Positions 19,703-28,990 of a DNA stretch of 64,000 nucleotides are shown here, in pieces. Numbering within the stretch: the first letter of the stretch is position 1; each line of letters opens with the position of its first letter. Location: contig JAFATB010000014.1 of NCBI GenBank assembly GCA_019244185.1, forward strand, positions 680,637-744,636, given 5' to 3'. The DNA is from Acidobacteriota bacterium. Its GTDB lineage: Bacteria; Acidobacteriota; Thermoanaerobaculia; Gp7-AA8. The translations under genes and the position numbers were made by a program. The notes under the pieces are model-generated. The model did no database searches. It was not told the DNA's origin and worked only from the letters and a program-made list of their open reading frames with translations.

Positions 19703-21790
19703 TCAGGGGTTCGTGATCTTCGTGACGAACGCGTCGACGTCGCCGCCGCCGTACGTGTTCTGGATGGAACTGCCGGAGGTGCCGGGGAAGCTCGTGGAGC
19801 TCGTCCAGCCGGTGAGATACGCGGCGCCGGAGCCGTCGACCGCGATGCGCACACCGAAGTCGTCGCCCGTGTCGCCGAGGAACGTCGACTGCACGATCGC
19901 CGAGCCAGCGGCATTGAGCTCGGTGAAGAACGCGTCGATGCCTCCCGCGTTGGCGGACTGGATCGAACCGCCGCTCACGCCGGGAAACGACGTGGAGAGC
20001 GTCGAGCCGACGATGTAGACGTTGCCCGAGCCATCGACGCCGACGCAGCCGACGAACGTCGCGTCGATGTCGGCGTCGCCGAGGAACGTCGACCAGGAGA
20101 TCGCCGAGCCGGCCGCATTCAGCTTCGTGACGAAGATGTCGAGCGAGCCTGCGTTGGCCGGTTGCAGCGAGCCGCCGCTCACGCCCGGGAACGACGTGGA
20201 GTCCGTGTTGCCGACGACGACGGCGTTGCCGGAGCCGTCCACGGCGATGCCGTTGCCGACGTCCATGCCGCTGTCGCCGAGGAAAGTGGAGTAGACGATG
20301 GAGGAGCCGGCGGCGTTGATCTTCGTGACGAATGCGTCGAGCCCGCCGCCGTTTGCGCTCTGGATCGAGCCGCCGCTGACGCCGGGAAAGCTCGTGGAAT
20401 CCGTCTGTCCGGTGACGTACGCATTGCCCGAGCCGTCGACGGCGACCATGTTGGCGACTTCGTCGCCGCTGTCGCCGAGGTAGGTCGCCCAGGCGACGGT
20501 GCCGGTGGAGCCGACTCTCGCCACGAACGCGTCGCCGTTGCCGCCGATGCTCGACTGCACGGCATTGAGCACGGGGAAGTCGCTCGAGGCTGTCGAGCCG
20601 GCGACGTACGCATCGCCGCTGCTCGTCACGGCCAGCTCCTGCGCGACGTCGTCCGCGCTGCCGCCGAGGTACGTCGACCAGAGGATGGACGAGCCGGTGG
20701 AGTCGAGCGCGGTGAGGAACGCGTCGCGCGTGCCGCCGCCGTACGACGGCTGATAGGAGCCGCCGCTGACGCCGGGGAACGAACCGGTCGTGCCGCCCGC
20801 GACGTACGCGTTGCCGGAGCCGTCGACACCGATGCCCTGGCCATAGTCGGTGCCGCTGCCGCCGAGGAACGTCGAGTAGACGATGGCGGTGCCCGCGGCG
20901 TTGATCTTGGTCACGAACGCGTCGTAGTCGCCGCCGTTCGCCGGCTGGAGCGAGCCGCCGCTCACACCGGTGAACGACGTCGATTCGACGAGGCCGGTCA
21001 GGTACGCGTTGCCGTCTCCATCGACGGCGATGGACAGGCCTTCGTCCGCGGCGCTGTCGCCGAGGTACGTCGAGTACGCGATCGTCGGATCGATGACGAG
21101 CGGCTGGTTGCGATCATGACGTCCGATGGCGAAGCCGACCTGCCGATGAGCGTCGAGCGTGTAGCGCCCATCGATCCGCCGCCGATGGCCGTCGATGTCC
21201 TGATAGACGTCCGGCCGCGGCTGCACGAGATCGCCGGCCGCGGTCTGCAGCACGAGATCGCCGTTGGGCGCGAGGTGGAGGGCCCGCGCGCCGTCGAACG
21301 CCATGCGGATCTGCCGCGCGTTCGCGCCCGGCGCGAGAACGAAGTCGTACTCAAGGCGCTGCCGGTTGCCGTGATAGAGGAGATCGATGCCGGGATAGAC
21401 ACTCTCGTAGCGCACCCTCCCGTAATTCGGGACGCCTGTATGCCACTGCGAGGCGTCGTTGCCGTGGAAGTAGTTCGTTTTCGTCGCGAGCGGCTCTTCG
21501 CCCGCAATCCGCGGCGTCGCGTTCGCGCCGCTGAGACGCCAGCGGACGGCCGCGCCGTCGAGCTTCACGATCGCTTCGCGCTGCGTGAAGAAGACGCTGT
21601 AACCCTGGCCGCGGCTGAGGAAGCGGACCTCCGGATCCGCCTGCCCGCGATTCGCCTCGAAGACGAGCGGCAATTTTCCGTACGCACCCGCGATCCGGGC
21701 GTGCTCCACCGCGCGCGGCGCGCCCAGGGCGGCCGTGGCGAGCAACGCGCTCGCCGTCAGTACCGAGAGTGACTGCAGAGAAAGACGCAT
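19703..21790 (-). CDS. Secreted SBBP (seven-bladed beta-propeller) repeat protein
   Basis: LPLVFEANRGQ...YPGIDL...LEYDF...LVIDP N-domain, then about 7 STYLG.S..D....IAVDGSGNAYV.G.T.S..FP...DAFVTK repeats; AAGGAGG RBS. Confidence 0.92.
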   Translation of the reverse strand: MRLSLQSLSVLTASALLATAALGAPRAVEHARIAGAYGKLPLVFEANRGQADPEVRFLSRGQGYSVFFTQREAIVKLDGAAVRWRLSGANATPRIAGEEPLATKTNYFHGNDASQWHTGVPNYGRVRYESVYPGIDLLYHGNRQRLEYDFVLAPGANARQIRMAFDGARALHLAPNGDLVLQTAAGDLVQPRPDVYQDIDGHRRRIDGRYTLDAHRQVGFAIGRHDRNQPLVIDPTIAYSTYLGDSAADEGLSIAVDGDGNAYLTGLVESTSFTGVSGGSLQPANGGDYDAFVTKINAAGTAIVYSTFLGGSGTDYGQGIGVDGSGNAYVAGGTTGSFPGVSGGSYQPSYGGGTRDAFLTALDSTGSSILWSTYLGGSADDVAQELAVTSSGDAYVAGSTASSDFPVLNAVQSSIGGNGDAFVARVGSTGTVAWATYLGDSGDEVANMVAVDGSGNAYVTGQTDSTSFPGVSGGSIQSANGGGLDAFVTKINAAGSSIVYSTFLGDSGMDVGNGIAVDGSGNAVVVGNTDSTSFPGVSGGSLQPANAGSLDIFVTKLNAAGSAISWSTFLGDADIDATFVGCVGVDGSGNVYIVGSTLSTSFPGVSGGSIQSANAGGIDAFFTELNAAGSAIVQSTFLGDTGDDFGVRIAVDGSGAAYLTGWTSSTSFPGTSGSSIQNTYGGGDVDAFVTKITNP

Positions 21791-21926
21791 GAACCCTCCT
21801 TTTTTAGAACCGATGGAAGGGCCAACGGTGTATGGCCATGCGTCATTCCGGCCTTATTTCTTTTTGTGATGCGGTGGCTCGATGCTGCCTCGCGCGTTCC
21901 CATTCGACCCGCGCCGCATCCAACGT

Positions 21927-21960
21927 CGTGGCGCAGACGCCGAACAGCGTCTGCGCCACG
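21927..21960. terminator. 14-bp inverted repeat after the FG-GAP peptidase gene
   Basis: CGTGGCGCAGACGC-cgaaca-GCGTCTGCGCCACG. Confidence 0.55.
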
Positions 21961-21971
21961 GTTCAATCACA

Positions 21972-23684
21972 TCAGGGGAAGCAGTCGCCTTCGTCGCCGG
22001 CGTCGTTGGCCCAGATCGAGAAGTCGCTGAAGCTCGTGCCGAGCGACGACCGGCCGAACCAGCGGACCAGCGTGAGGTCGGGGGTGGCGGTGAGGCTGGC
22101 CATGCCGAGCGGCCGTCCGTACAGCAGGTCGAGCTTTCCGTCGCCGGTCGTGTCGCCGAGGCGGAACAGGTCGCCGGCGTCACCGGCGTCGTTGGCCCAC
22201 GTCGTCACGTTGCCGAACGACGAGCCGGTCGACGGGCGGAAGAACCACGTCACGCCGAAGCTCGAGTTCACGCGGCCGTAGACCAGGTCGGCCTTGCCGT
22301 CGCCGTTCGCATCGCCGACGTACAGCAGGTCGCCGTCGTTGCCGGCGTCGGTGTTCCACGTCTCGAGCTTGCCGAACTTGGTGCCGTCGGAGCGGCGGAC
22401 GAACCACGTCACTTCCGTCGGCGAGACCGCGCGCGCGTACACGAGGTCGGCTTTCTTGTCTTTGTCGACGTCGGCGACGAAGAACAGATCGCCGACGTCG
22501 CCCGCATCCTCGGCCCACGTGGTGAAGTTGCCGAAGCTGCTGCCGTTCGACTTGCGCACGAACCAGCGCACCGTGTTCTCGTCGAGCGGACGTCCGTAGA
22601 CGAGATCCGCGCGGCCGTCGTTGTTGACGTCGGCGAGGCGGAAGATGTCGCCCGAGTCGCCGGCGTCTTCGGCCCACGTGGTGAAGTCGCCGAAGCCGCT
22701 GCCGTTCGAGAGGCGCACGAACCACGTCACCTGATTCGTCGCTTCGATGCGGCCGTAGACGAGGTCCGCGCGGCCGTCGTTGTTGACGTCGCCGGTGAGG
22801 AAGATGTCGCCCGCGTTTCCGGCGTCAGGGGCCCAGGTGGTGAAGTTGCCGAACGCCGAGCCGCTCGAGTTGCGCTCGAACCACTGCATGACGTTCGGCG
22901 ACGAGAGGCGGCCGTACGTGAGATCGGCTTTCTTCCCGGCGTCTCCGTCGAGATTGGCGAGCGGCGCGAAGTGATTGCGCAGCTGCACGGCGCTCTCGAG
23001 AACGCGCCGTTCCGAGTGCACGCTGAAGAAACGGTCGCGCGTGGCGCGCTGAGGCATGGTGAGACCCCACGACGCGCCGCTGGACATCGTGTGGAAGTTC
23101 ACGTTCATGTCTTTGGTGTCGGTGAAGGCGTCGTCGCAGCCGATCGTGATCGCGTCGTCCGCGGCGTTGCAGTGGTCGAGGCCGAGGACGTGTCCGAGCT
23201 CGTGGCTGGCGGTGTGCGAGATGCCGTTGGCGATGCGCGCCGTGGTCGCATTCGAACCGGTGAAGTTCCCGTCGTCGGCGAAGCTGCCGGAGTACACCTC
23301 CAGCGCGCTCTCCATCATCTCGTTGAAGCTGCCGATGCCGGTGCAATCACCTTTCTCGCAGCAGCTTCCGCCCGCGCATCCGAAGGAGTTGCCGCCGTCG
23401 GAGTCCATGCTGAGGACTTTGACGCGCGTGAACCGCCCGTTCGCGGGCTTCGCGGTCGTGATGACGACGTCGAACGTCGCGTAGTCCTCGGTCATGTTGG
23501 CGATGACCTGCCGTTTGATCGCCGCGAGATCCGAGGCCTGCGGCGGCTTGTTGCCGTTCACCGAGGACCACTTGTTGAGGTTGAAGCCGGAGAAGTCGAC
23601 CCAGACGACGTGTCCCGCCCACGCATGGGCCGTGGACAGCATGCAGATCAGGAAAGACAGAATGAGAAATCGTTTGTTTTTCAT
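21972..23684 (-). CDS. Secreted metzincin metallopeptidase with FG-GAP/VCBS-like repeats
   Basis: Signal peptide; HELGHVLGLDH, Met-turn HTMSS; about six ~51-aa repeats D.N.DG.ADLVYGR...V.WFVR.S.G..FG.FTTW..DAG. Confidence 0.88.
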   Translation of the reverse strand: MKNKRFLILSFLICMLSTAHAWAGHVVWVDFSGFNLNKWSSVNGNKPPQASDLAAIKRQVIANMTEDYATFDVVITTAKPANGRFTRVKVLSMDSDGGNSFGCAGGSCCEKGDCTGIGSFNEMMESALEVYSGSFADDGNFTGSNATTARIANGISHTASHELGHVLGLDHCNAADDAITIGCDDAFTDTKDMNVNFHTMSSGASWGLTMPQRATRDRFFSVHSERRVLESAVQLRNHFAPLANLDGDAGKKADLTYGRLSSPNVMQWFERNSSGSAFGNFTTWAPDAGNAGDIFLTGDVNNDGRADLVYGRIEATNQVTWFVRLSNGSGFGDFTTWAEDAGDSGDIFRLADVNNDGRADLVYGRPLDENTVRWFVRKSNGSSFGNFTTWAEDAGDVGDLFFVADVDKDKKADLVYARAVSPTEVTWFVRRSDGTKFGKLETWNTDAGNDGDLLYVGDANGDGKADLVYGRVNSSFGVTWFFRPSTGSSFGNVTTWANDAGDAGDLFRLGDTTGDGKLDLLYGRPLGMASLTATPDLTLVRWFGRSSLGTSFSDFSIWANDAGDEGDCFP

Positions 23685-23699
23685 GGCGTTCTCTCTTGC

Positions 23700-24914
23700 T
23701 TAGCGGTTCGCCTGCAGGCGCGCGAGCGTCTGGCTGGCCAGCTCGCGAACGAGCTCGTTCGGATGCGTTCTGCTGATGGAGGACAACGGATCGACGACCG
23801 AGTCGCCGCCGATCATTCCGAGCGCGACGACGACGGTCGAGTGGAGCGAGAGGTCGTCGCCTTCGCTGGCGACGCGGAACAGATCGCGCACGGCCGCGGG
23901 ATCTCCGATCTTCCCGAGCGCGAGCACCGCGGCGTCGGAAAGGCCGGCATCGGATCGACGGCTCTGCGCGTCGTCGGTCGGAACGCTATCCGGCTCGACG
24001 TCGCCGTCGGGAAGAGTGGACGGCGTGCCCGGACGCTCGTCGTCGACGGTTGCCTGGCCACCGCGCTCGTCGGGATCGGCGACCGGCGACGAATCGTCTT
24101 CCGGATCGCTGGCGGGACGGACTTCGGGCAGATCCTCATCGCCCCGCGCGCTGATCTGCTGACCGGGCAGCGGCGCGATGAGCGTCAGCAGCACGGGCAC
24201 GCTTTCGGACATCCGCAGATCGCCGAGGGCGGTCGTGGCCGCGATGCGCGTCGCGCGGTTCGACGGGTCTTTGACGAGCGATTCGAGACACGGACGCGCG
24301 GCGGCGACCTGCAGCTGCCCCGACTCTCCGATGGCCCAGAGCTGCACGGCCGGCATGACGCTGCCGTCGCACGCGAAGCGCGCCAGTTGCTCGCCGTCGG
24401 CGGACGGCGTCACGTGCGCGCTCAGCTCTTCGAGGAGCGATGCGAGCAGCACCGGCGGCGTTTCGCGCGCCGTGAAATACGGCGTCACGTCGCGGAGCTG
24501 CAGGTCGGCGCCCTTCGCGAGCTCCGTTCGCACGATCGCGCTCACGACGCGAACCGCGTCGTCGCCGGAGAGGGTCTGCACGCCGTGCTCGCCCGCCACC
24601 GGCTGGAGCGTGCGCGCGTCGAGAAACGTGAGGATCCGCATTCCCGCGGACAGCGGGCGGACGTCCGTCGGATCGACGGAACTGGCGACGATCTGGACGC
24701 TTTCCTGCGGCGTCCCTTTGAGCGTCTGCTCGACCGCGACGGACATCAGGTACGTGCCGCCGTCGACCTGCCGCGTCGCGGTGACGTGTCCGATCAGAAT
24801 CGTCCCCGCGCGCGCCGCCAGCTGTCCGAGCGGGATGATTCCCTGGTCCGCATGCAGCGGAACGTTGATGAGTAGCGCGAGAGCCGCGCCGGCCAACCAC
24901 TTCATTCTCTTCAT
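23700..24914 (-). CDS. Secreted protein with N-terminal TIMP/NTR-like OB-fold and HEAT repeats
   Basis: Signal peptide; LGQLAARAGTILIGHV...V.VEQTLKG...G.RILTFL; HEAT motifs AA..ALG.L, ALGKIGDP, VRELA..L; AAGGAGG RBS. Confidence 0.7.
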   Translation of the reverse strand: MKRMKWLAGAALALLINVPLHADQGIIPLGQLAARAGTILIGHVTATRQVDGGTYLMSVAVEQTLKGTPQESVQIVASSVDPTDVRPLSAGMRILTFLDARTLQPVAGEHGVQTLSGDDAVRVVSAIVRTELAKGADLQLRDVTPYFTARETPPVLLASLLEELSAHVTPSADGEQLARFACDGSVMPAVQLWAIGESGQLQVAAARPCLESLVKDPSNRATRIAATTALGDLRMSESVPVLLTLIAPLPGQQISARGDEDLPEVRPASDPEDDSSPVADPDERGGQATVDDERPGTPSTLPDGDVEPDSVPTDDAQSRRSDAGLSDAAVLALGKIGDPAAVRDLFRVASEGDDLSLHSTVVVALGMIGGDSVVDPLSSISRTHPNELVRELASQTLARLQANR

Positions 24915-25107
24915 GAATCCCTCCTTGTTTGGATGCGGAGGAATCTAAGAATTCGGCGCGTGCCGGTCGGGACGGACTGGTCACGGTTTGGTGACCCGGC
25001 GGAACTGCTTTTGTGACGGCCGGTGGCGCGGTGCGCGCCTGCGGATCTAATTAAAGATAGAAATTAATCTGAATTTGCCCTACGATGCTCCGCGAGAGGA
25101 GTCAGCG

Positions 25108-25764
25108 ATGACCGTGATGGAGTCCATTTTCACGCTCCCCGGATGCACCTTTTCCGAGCCGGACGACCAGTGGTGTCCGCCGCTCGCGGAGAACCTCGGC
25201 GATTCCGTTGGAGAGCCGCGGCCCGGCCACTTCGGCACGCCCGAACGATTCTTTCAATGGTTGAAGACGATCTGGGCGTTCCCGGTCGACGCGGACGCGA
25301 GCTTTCCGCCCACCGACTTCACGCGGAACTGCCTGCTCATGGATTCGTTCGCCACCGTCTGCGGCGCGCTGCACGGATCGCTCTACTTCCGGCTGATCTT
25401 CGCGTTCTTCCCGAACCTCAGCGGTCCTCACTTCGACTTCGCCGCCAACGAAAGGATCTTCATCACCAACTGGGCGTTCGAGACCACCAACGGAAAGCAG
25501 GACATTCTCGTCCCGGCGATCGACATCTTCGGCTTCCGCAAAGGCTACGTGAACTACCGGCTGGCGACGTTCGACGTGCCGACGCTCGTGCGCGCGTTGC
25601 TCATCGCGTATGGCGGCACGCTGCATCCGAACTTCGAGGGCAACATGGAAGAACGCATCAAGCGGTGGGCGACCGATTTCGAGTTTGCGGAGCGGGAGTA
25701 TGCCGCGGTGAAGGCGATGGGTCCGGTCGCCGCCAGCGCGGTGCCTGCCCGTATCGTCTCGTAA
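25108..25764 (+). CDS. Hypothetical protein, SnoaL/NTF2-like fold
   Basis: YFRLIFAFFPNL...ITNW...VPAIDIFGFRKGYV.YR...FD pattern; GAGGAG RBS; candidate promoter TAGAAA-N17-TACGAT (25058-25086). Confidence 0.6.
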   Translation: MTVMESIFTLPGCTFSEPDDQWCPPLAENLGDSVGEPRPGHFGTPERFFQWLKTIWAFPVDADASFPPTDFTRNCLLMDSFATVCGALHGSLYFRLIFAFFPNLSGPHFDFAANERIFITNWAFETTNGKQDILVPAIDIFGFRKGYVNYRLATFDVPTLVRALLIAYGGTLHPNFEGNMEERIKRWATDFEFAEREYAAVKAMGPVAASAVPARIVS

Positions 25765-25800
25765 CGCCGCGCCACGGACGGCGTCGAGGGAGATGCCGTC

Positions 25801-25829
25801 TTGACACGCCCTGCGCGCGCAACCACCAT
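25801..25829 (+). promoter_or_regulatory. Sigma70 promoter of the ABC importer operon
   Basis: TTGACA (25801), 17-nt spacer, CACCAT; GTG start 11 nt downstream. Confidence 0.55.
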
Positions 25830-25840
25830 ACGCGCCGTCC

Positions 25841-26878
25841 GTGGTCGAGTCCGTTCGCAGGGTTTTGCTCGGTGTTGGCGTCGTCGTCGCGGCGTCGATG
25901 ATCCTGTTGCTTTCCGATCTGCAGCACCGCGAGCGCGGTGCGCGGAAGGCGCTCGCGCAGAAGCACGCGTGGAAAATCTGCTTCGTGCAGTACAACGACG
26001 TCGTCGACGTGAAGGACGCGGAGCGCGGCGTCCTGGACGGCCTGCGCGAATCGGGACTCGAGGACGGCCGCGACTTCGAGGTGAAGATCCTCAACGCGCA
26101 GGGCGACATGGCCACGGTGTCGGCGCTGATCGACACGGCCGTCACCGGCGGCGCGGATCTGCTGATCACGTTCTCGACGCCGACGCTGCAGGCCGCGCTG
26201 CGGCGCGCGCAGAACGTGCCCGTCGTCTACAACTACGTCGCCTCGGGGCTGAAGGCGGGAGCGGGGAAGTCGAACACCGATCACGCGCCGAACGTCACCG
26301 GCGTCAGTCTCCTGCCCGCGAACGATGAAGCGCTGACGCTGCTGCGCACGTACTTTCCGTCGATCCACCGCATCGGCGCGCTGTACTGTCCCGCGGAGAC
26401 GAACATGGTCTACGCGAAAGCGTCGCTCGATGACGCGGCGAAGCGCGCCGGCTTCGAGGTCGTCTACGTTCCCGCCGAGACCGCGACGGACGTGCCGGAC
26501 GCCGCGGCAGCGCTGATGTCGCGCGACATCGACGCGGTGCTGCAGATCCCGGGAAACCTCACCGCGTCGGCCTTCGGCAGCATCGGCGAGGCCGCGCGAC
26601 GCGCGCACGTGCCGGTGTTCGCGTTCCAGAAATCGCAGGCCGTCGGCGGCGCGATGGTGGTCGTGGCGCGCGACTACGAAGACAGCGGCCGCCACGCCGC
26701 GCGTCTCGCCGTGCGCATCATGCGCGGCGAGAATCCGAAGAAGATTCCGCTCGAGGATTTCAGCAAGACGAATCTCATCGTGAACCTCGACGCCGCGCGC
26801 GCCCTCGGCATCCCCATGCCTCCGGCGCTCGTGCGCTCGGCGAAAGAAGTCCTCGGAGACGCGCATGGAAATCGTTAA
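25841..26878 (+). CDS. ABC transporter substrate-binding protein (putative Trp/Tyr type, ABC_sub_bind)
   Basis: NAQGD, STPTLQA, NVTGV, IGALY.PAE.N, A.RI.RGE.P..IP, L.VN..AA..LGI motifs. Confidence 0.88.
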   Translation: MVESVRRVLLGVGVVVAASMILLLSDLQHRERGARKALAQKHAWKICFVQYNDVVDVKDAERGVLDGLRESGLEDGRDFEVKILNAQGDMATVSALIDTAVTGGADLLITFSTPTLQAALRRAQNVPVVYNYVASGLKAGAGKSNTDHAPNVTGVSLLPANDEALTLLRTYFPSIHRIGALYCPAETNMVYAKASLDDAAKRAGFEVVYVPAETATDVPDAAAALMSRDIDAVLQIPGNLTASAFGSIGEAARRAHVPVFAFQKSQAVGGAMVVVARDYEDSGRHAARLAVRIMRGENPKKIPLEDFSKTNLIVNLDAARALGIPMPPALVRSAKEVLGDAHGNR

Positions 26879-28067
26879 GGAACGCGCCGGCAACGCCGTG
26901 CACCTGCGCCTCTCCGGACGCCTCGACAACCATTGGTCGCAGTCGCTCGACGAGGCGCTGCACGAGGTCGCACGCGAAGGCGCGCGCCACGTGCGCCTCG
27001 ATTGCTCCGGCGTCACGTATCTCAGCTCTGCCGCCGCGGCGGTGCTGCTGAAGCATCATCGCGACGCGGCGGCGCTCCACGGCTCGCTCGAGATCTCCGC
27101 GGCATCCGAACGCGCGCGCAACACGCTGCGGCTCATGGGATTCGTCGAGCTGCTGCTGGCGGGATCGGGGAGCGGTGCGGCGCGGCGCAAAACGCTGTCG
27201 ATTCCGCTGCCGCTCGAGTCGGAGCGCGCGACGTACGAGAGCCGCATCCTCGACGGACGCAAATCGGAGCTGTCGGTGATCGGCGATCCCGAGCTGAAGT
27301 CGTCGTCGTCCGCGCTCTCGATCTACCGCGACGTCTTCGCCCTCGGCGTCGGCGCGCTCGGCGCGAACCACGACGACTGCCGCGAGCGTTTCGGCGAGTT
27401 CGTGGCCGCCGCCGGCGGCGCCGCGTTCATGCCGACGGACGGCACCGCCACTCCCGATTACATGGTCAGCGCGGTCGGACTCGTACCGACGGTGCACGCG
27501 CTGTCCGCGATCACGTTTCGCGGCGCGCCGAGCCATCAGCTGCGCTTCGAATCGAACACCGCGGATGCGGGCGTGCCGCTGAGCGACGTCGTCCGCGCGA
27601 GCGCGTCGCTCGCGGCCACGCCTACGTTCGGCATCGTCATGGCGGCCGACATCGCCGGCCTCGTTTGCACGCGCCTCCGCCGCTCGCCCGCGCGCGAAGG
27701 CATTCAGTTCGATTTTCCCGCCGTGCGCGACTGGCTCTCGTTCACGAGCGAGCGCGAGTTCGCGCGCTTCAGCTGTCTCGTCGTCGGCGTCGCCTCCGCG
27801 TCGCCGTCCGCCGCGCTCGCGCCCTTCGTGCGACCGATGAGCGACGAGCATCACGGTCACTTCCACGCGGTCGTGTCGGCCTTCCGCTCGCTGCCGCGCG
27901 GCAAGCTGCAGGTCGGGGACATCGTCACCGCGTGGCTGCAGCCGCGCAGTCTCGTCTCGGTCGTGCACCTGCTGCGCGACGCACGGACGCCGGAAGGCGG
28001 TAGCGAGAGCGAGTTCCAGCGCGGCGCATGCTGGGTCTTCCCGATCGCGGAGGGGAGCGCGTCATGA
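26865..28067 (+). CDS. STAS (anti-anti-sigma) domain fused to an unknown C-terminal domain
   Basis: LRLSGRLD...LDCSGVTYLSSA...L.LMGF STAS domain, then ~280 aa containing HHGHFHA; overlaps both neighbours. Confidence 0.8.
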   Translation: MEIVKERAGNAVHLRLSGRLDNHWSQSLDEALHEVAREGARHVRLDCSGVTYLSSAAAAVLLKHHRDAAALHGSLEISAASERARNTLRLMGFVELLLAGSGSGAARRKTLSIPLPLESERATYESRILDGRKSELSVIGDPELKSSSSALSIYRDVFALGVGALGANHDDCRERFGEFVAAAGGAAFMPTDGTATPDYMVSAVGLVPTVHALSAITFRGAPSHQLRFESNTADAGVPLSDVVRASASLAATPTFGIVMAADIAGLVCTRLRRSPAREGIQFDFPAVRDWLSFTSEREFARFSCLVVGVASASPSAALAPFVRPMSDEHHGHFHAVVSAFRSLPRGKLQVGDIVTAWLQPRSLVSVVHLLRDARTPEGGSESEFQRGACWVFPIAEGSAS

Positions 28068-28990
28068 CGCTGCTGCTCTCCGCATGGACGATCGGCTTGA
28101 TTCTGTCGCTGCTGGCGCTCGGCATCTACATCAGCTACCGCGTCTTCAAGTTCGCCGACATCACGGCCGACGGCTCGATCACGTTCGGCGCGGCGGTGGC
28201 GGCGGCGATGCTGACGCGCGGCGTGCATCCGGTCACCGCGAGCGTGACCGCATTCTTCGCCGGATGTCTCGCCGGACTCTGCACCGGCGTGCTGCACACG
28301 CGCTTCAAGATCAATCAACTGCTGTCCGGCATCCTGGTGATGACCGCGCTCTATTCGATCAACCTGCATGTGATGGGCTCGAGCAACATCCCGCTGCTCT
28401 CTGTCACGACCATTACCACGTACGCGCAGAGCCTCGGCCGCTGGATCACCGGCCACGACTCGGCGACACTCCTCGGCTGGCCGGTGAATGCGCGCGACGT
28501 CGGCTCGCTGCTGCTCGTCGGCGCGATCGTGTTCGTCATCGCCCTCCTCGCCTGGCTGTTCTTCCGCACGAACCTCGGCAGCGCCATGCGCGCGTCCGGC
28601 GACAACGAGCAGATGATCCGCGCGCTCGGCGTGAGCGTGGAGAACATGATCGTCCTCGGCCTCTGCGTCGCGAACGGCCTGGTCGCATTCGCCGGGGCGC
28701 TGCTCGCGCAGTACCAGGGCTTCGCGGACGTGCAGATGGGCATCGGCATGATCGTCTGGGGCCTCGCGAGCGTGATCATCGGACGCGCGCTGATCGGCAC
28801 CGACAGCGTCGGCGCCGCGCTCATCGGCACGATCATGGGCTCGGTGTTGTTTCGTCTGATCGTCGCGCTCGCGCTGCGCTGGGGCCTCAATCCGAACGAC
28901 CTCAAGCTCGTCACCGCGCTGTTCGTGTTCGGCGCGCTCGTGCTGCCCACGCTCATGCAGAGAGTGAAACGCCATGCTCCAGCTACGTGA
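28064..28990 (+). CDS. ABC transporter permease
   Basis: ADITADGS...GAA, LSGIL.MTALYSINL..MG, G.AMRASGDN, QYQGFADV.MG.G...GLASVIIG. Confidence 0.93.
   Translation: MTLLLSAWTIGLILSLLALGIYISYRVFKFADITADGSITFGAAVAAAMLTRGVHPVTASVTAFFAGCLAGLCTGVLHTRFKINQLLSGILVMTALYSINLHVMGSSNIPLLSVTTITTYAQSLGRWITGHDSATLLGWPVNARDVGSLLLVGAIVFVIALLAWLFFRTNLGSAMRASGDNEQMIRALGVSVENMIVLGLCVANGLVAFAGALLAQYQGFADVQMGIGMIVWGLASVIIGRALIGTDSVGAALIGTIMGSVLFRLIVALALRWGLNPNDLKLVTALFVFGALVLPTLMQRVKRHAPAT

Noticed and set aside
19703-22960. Periodic DNA repeats resembling an array
   Set aside because: In-frame protein repeats (SBBP ~62 aa, FG-GAP ~51 aa), not CRISPR; no unique spacers and no cas genes.
19676-24875. 698-aa and 997-aa + strand ORFs
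   Set aside because: Antisense to well-supported SBBP, metzincin and HEAT genes; no motifs of their own.
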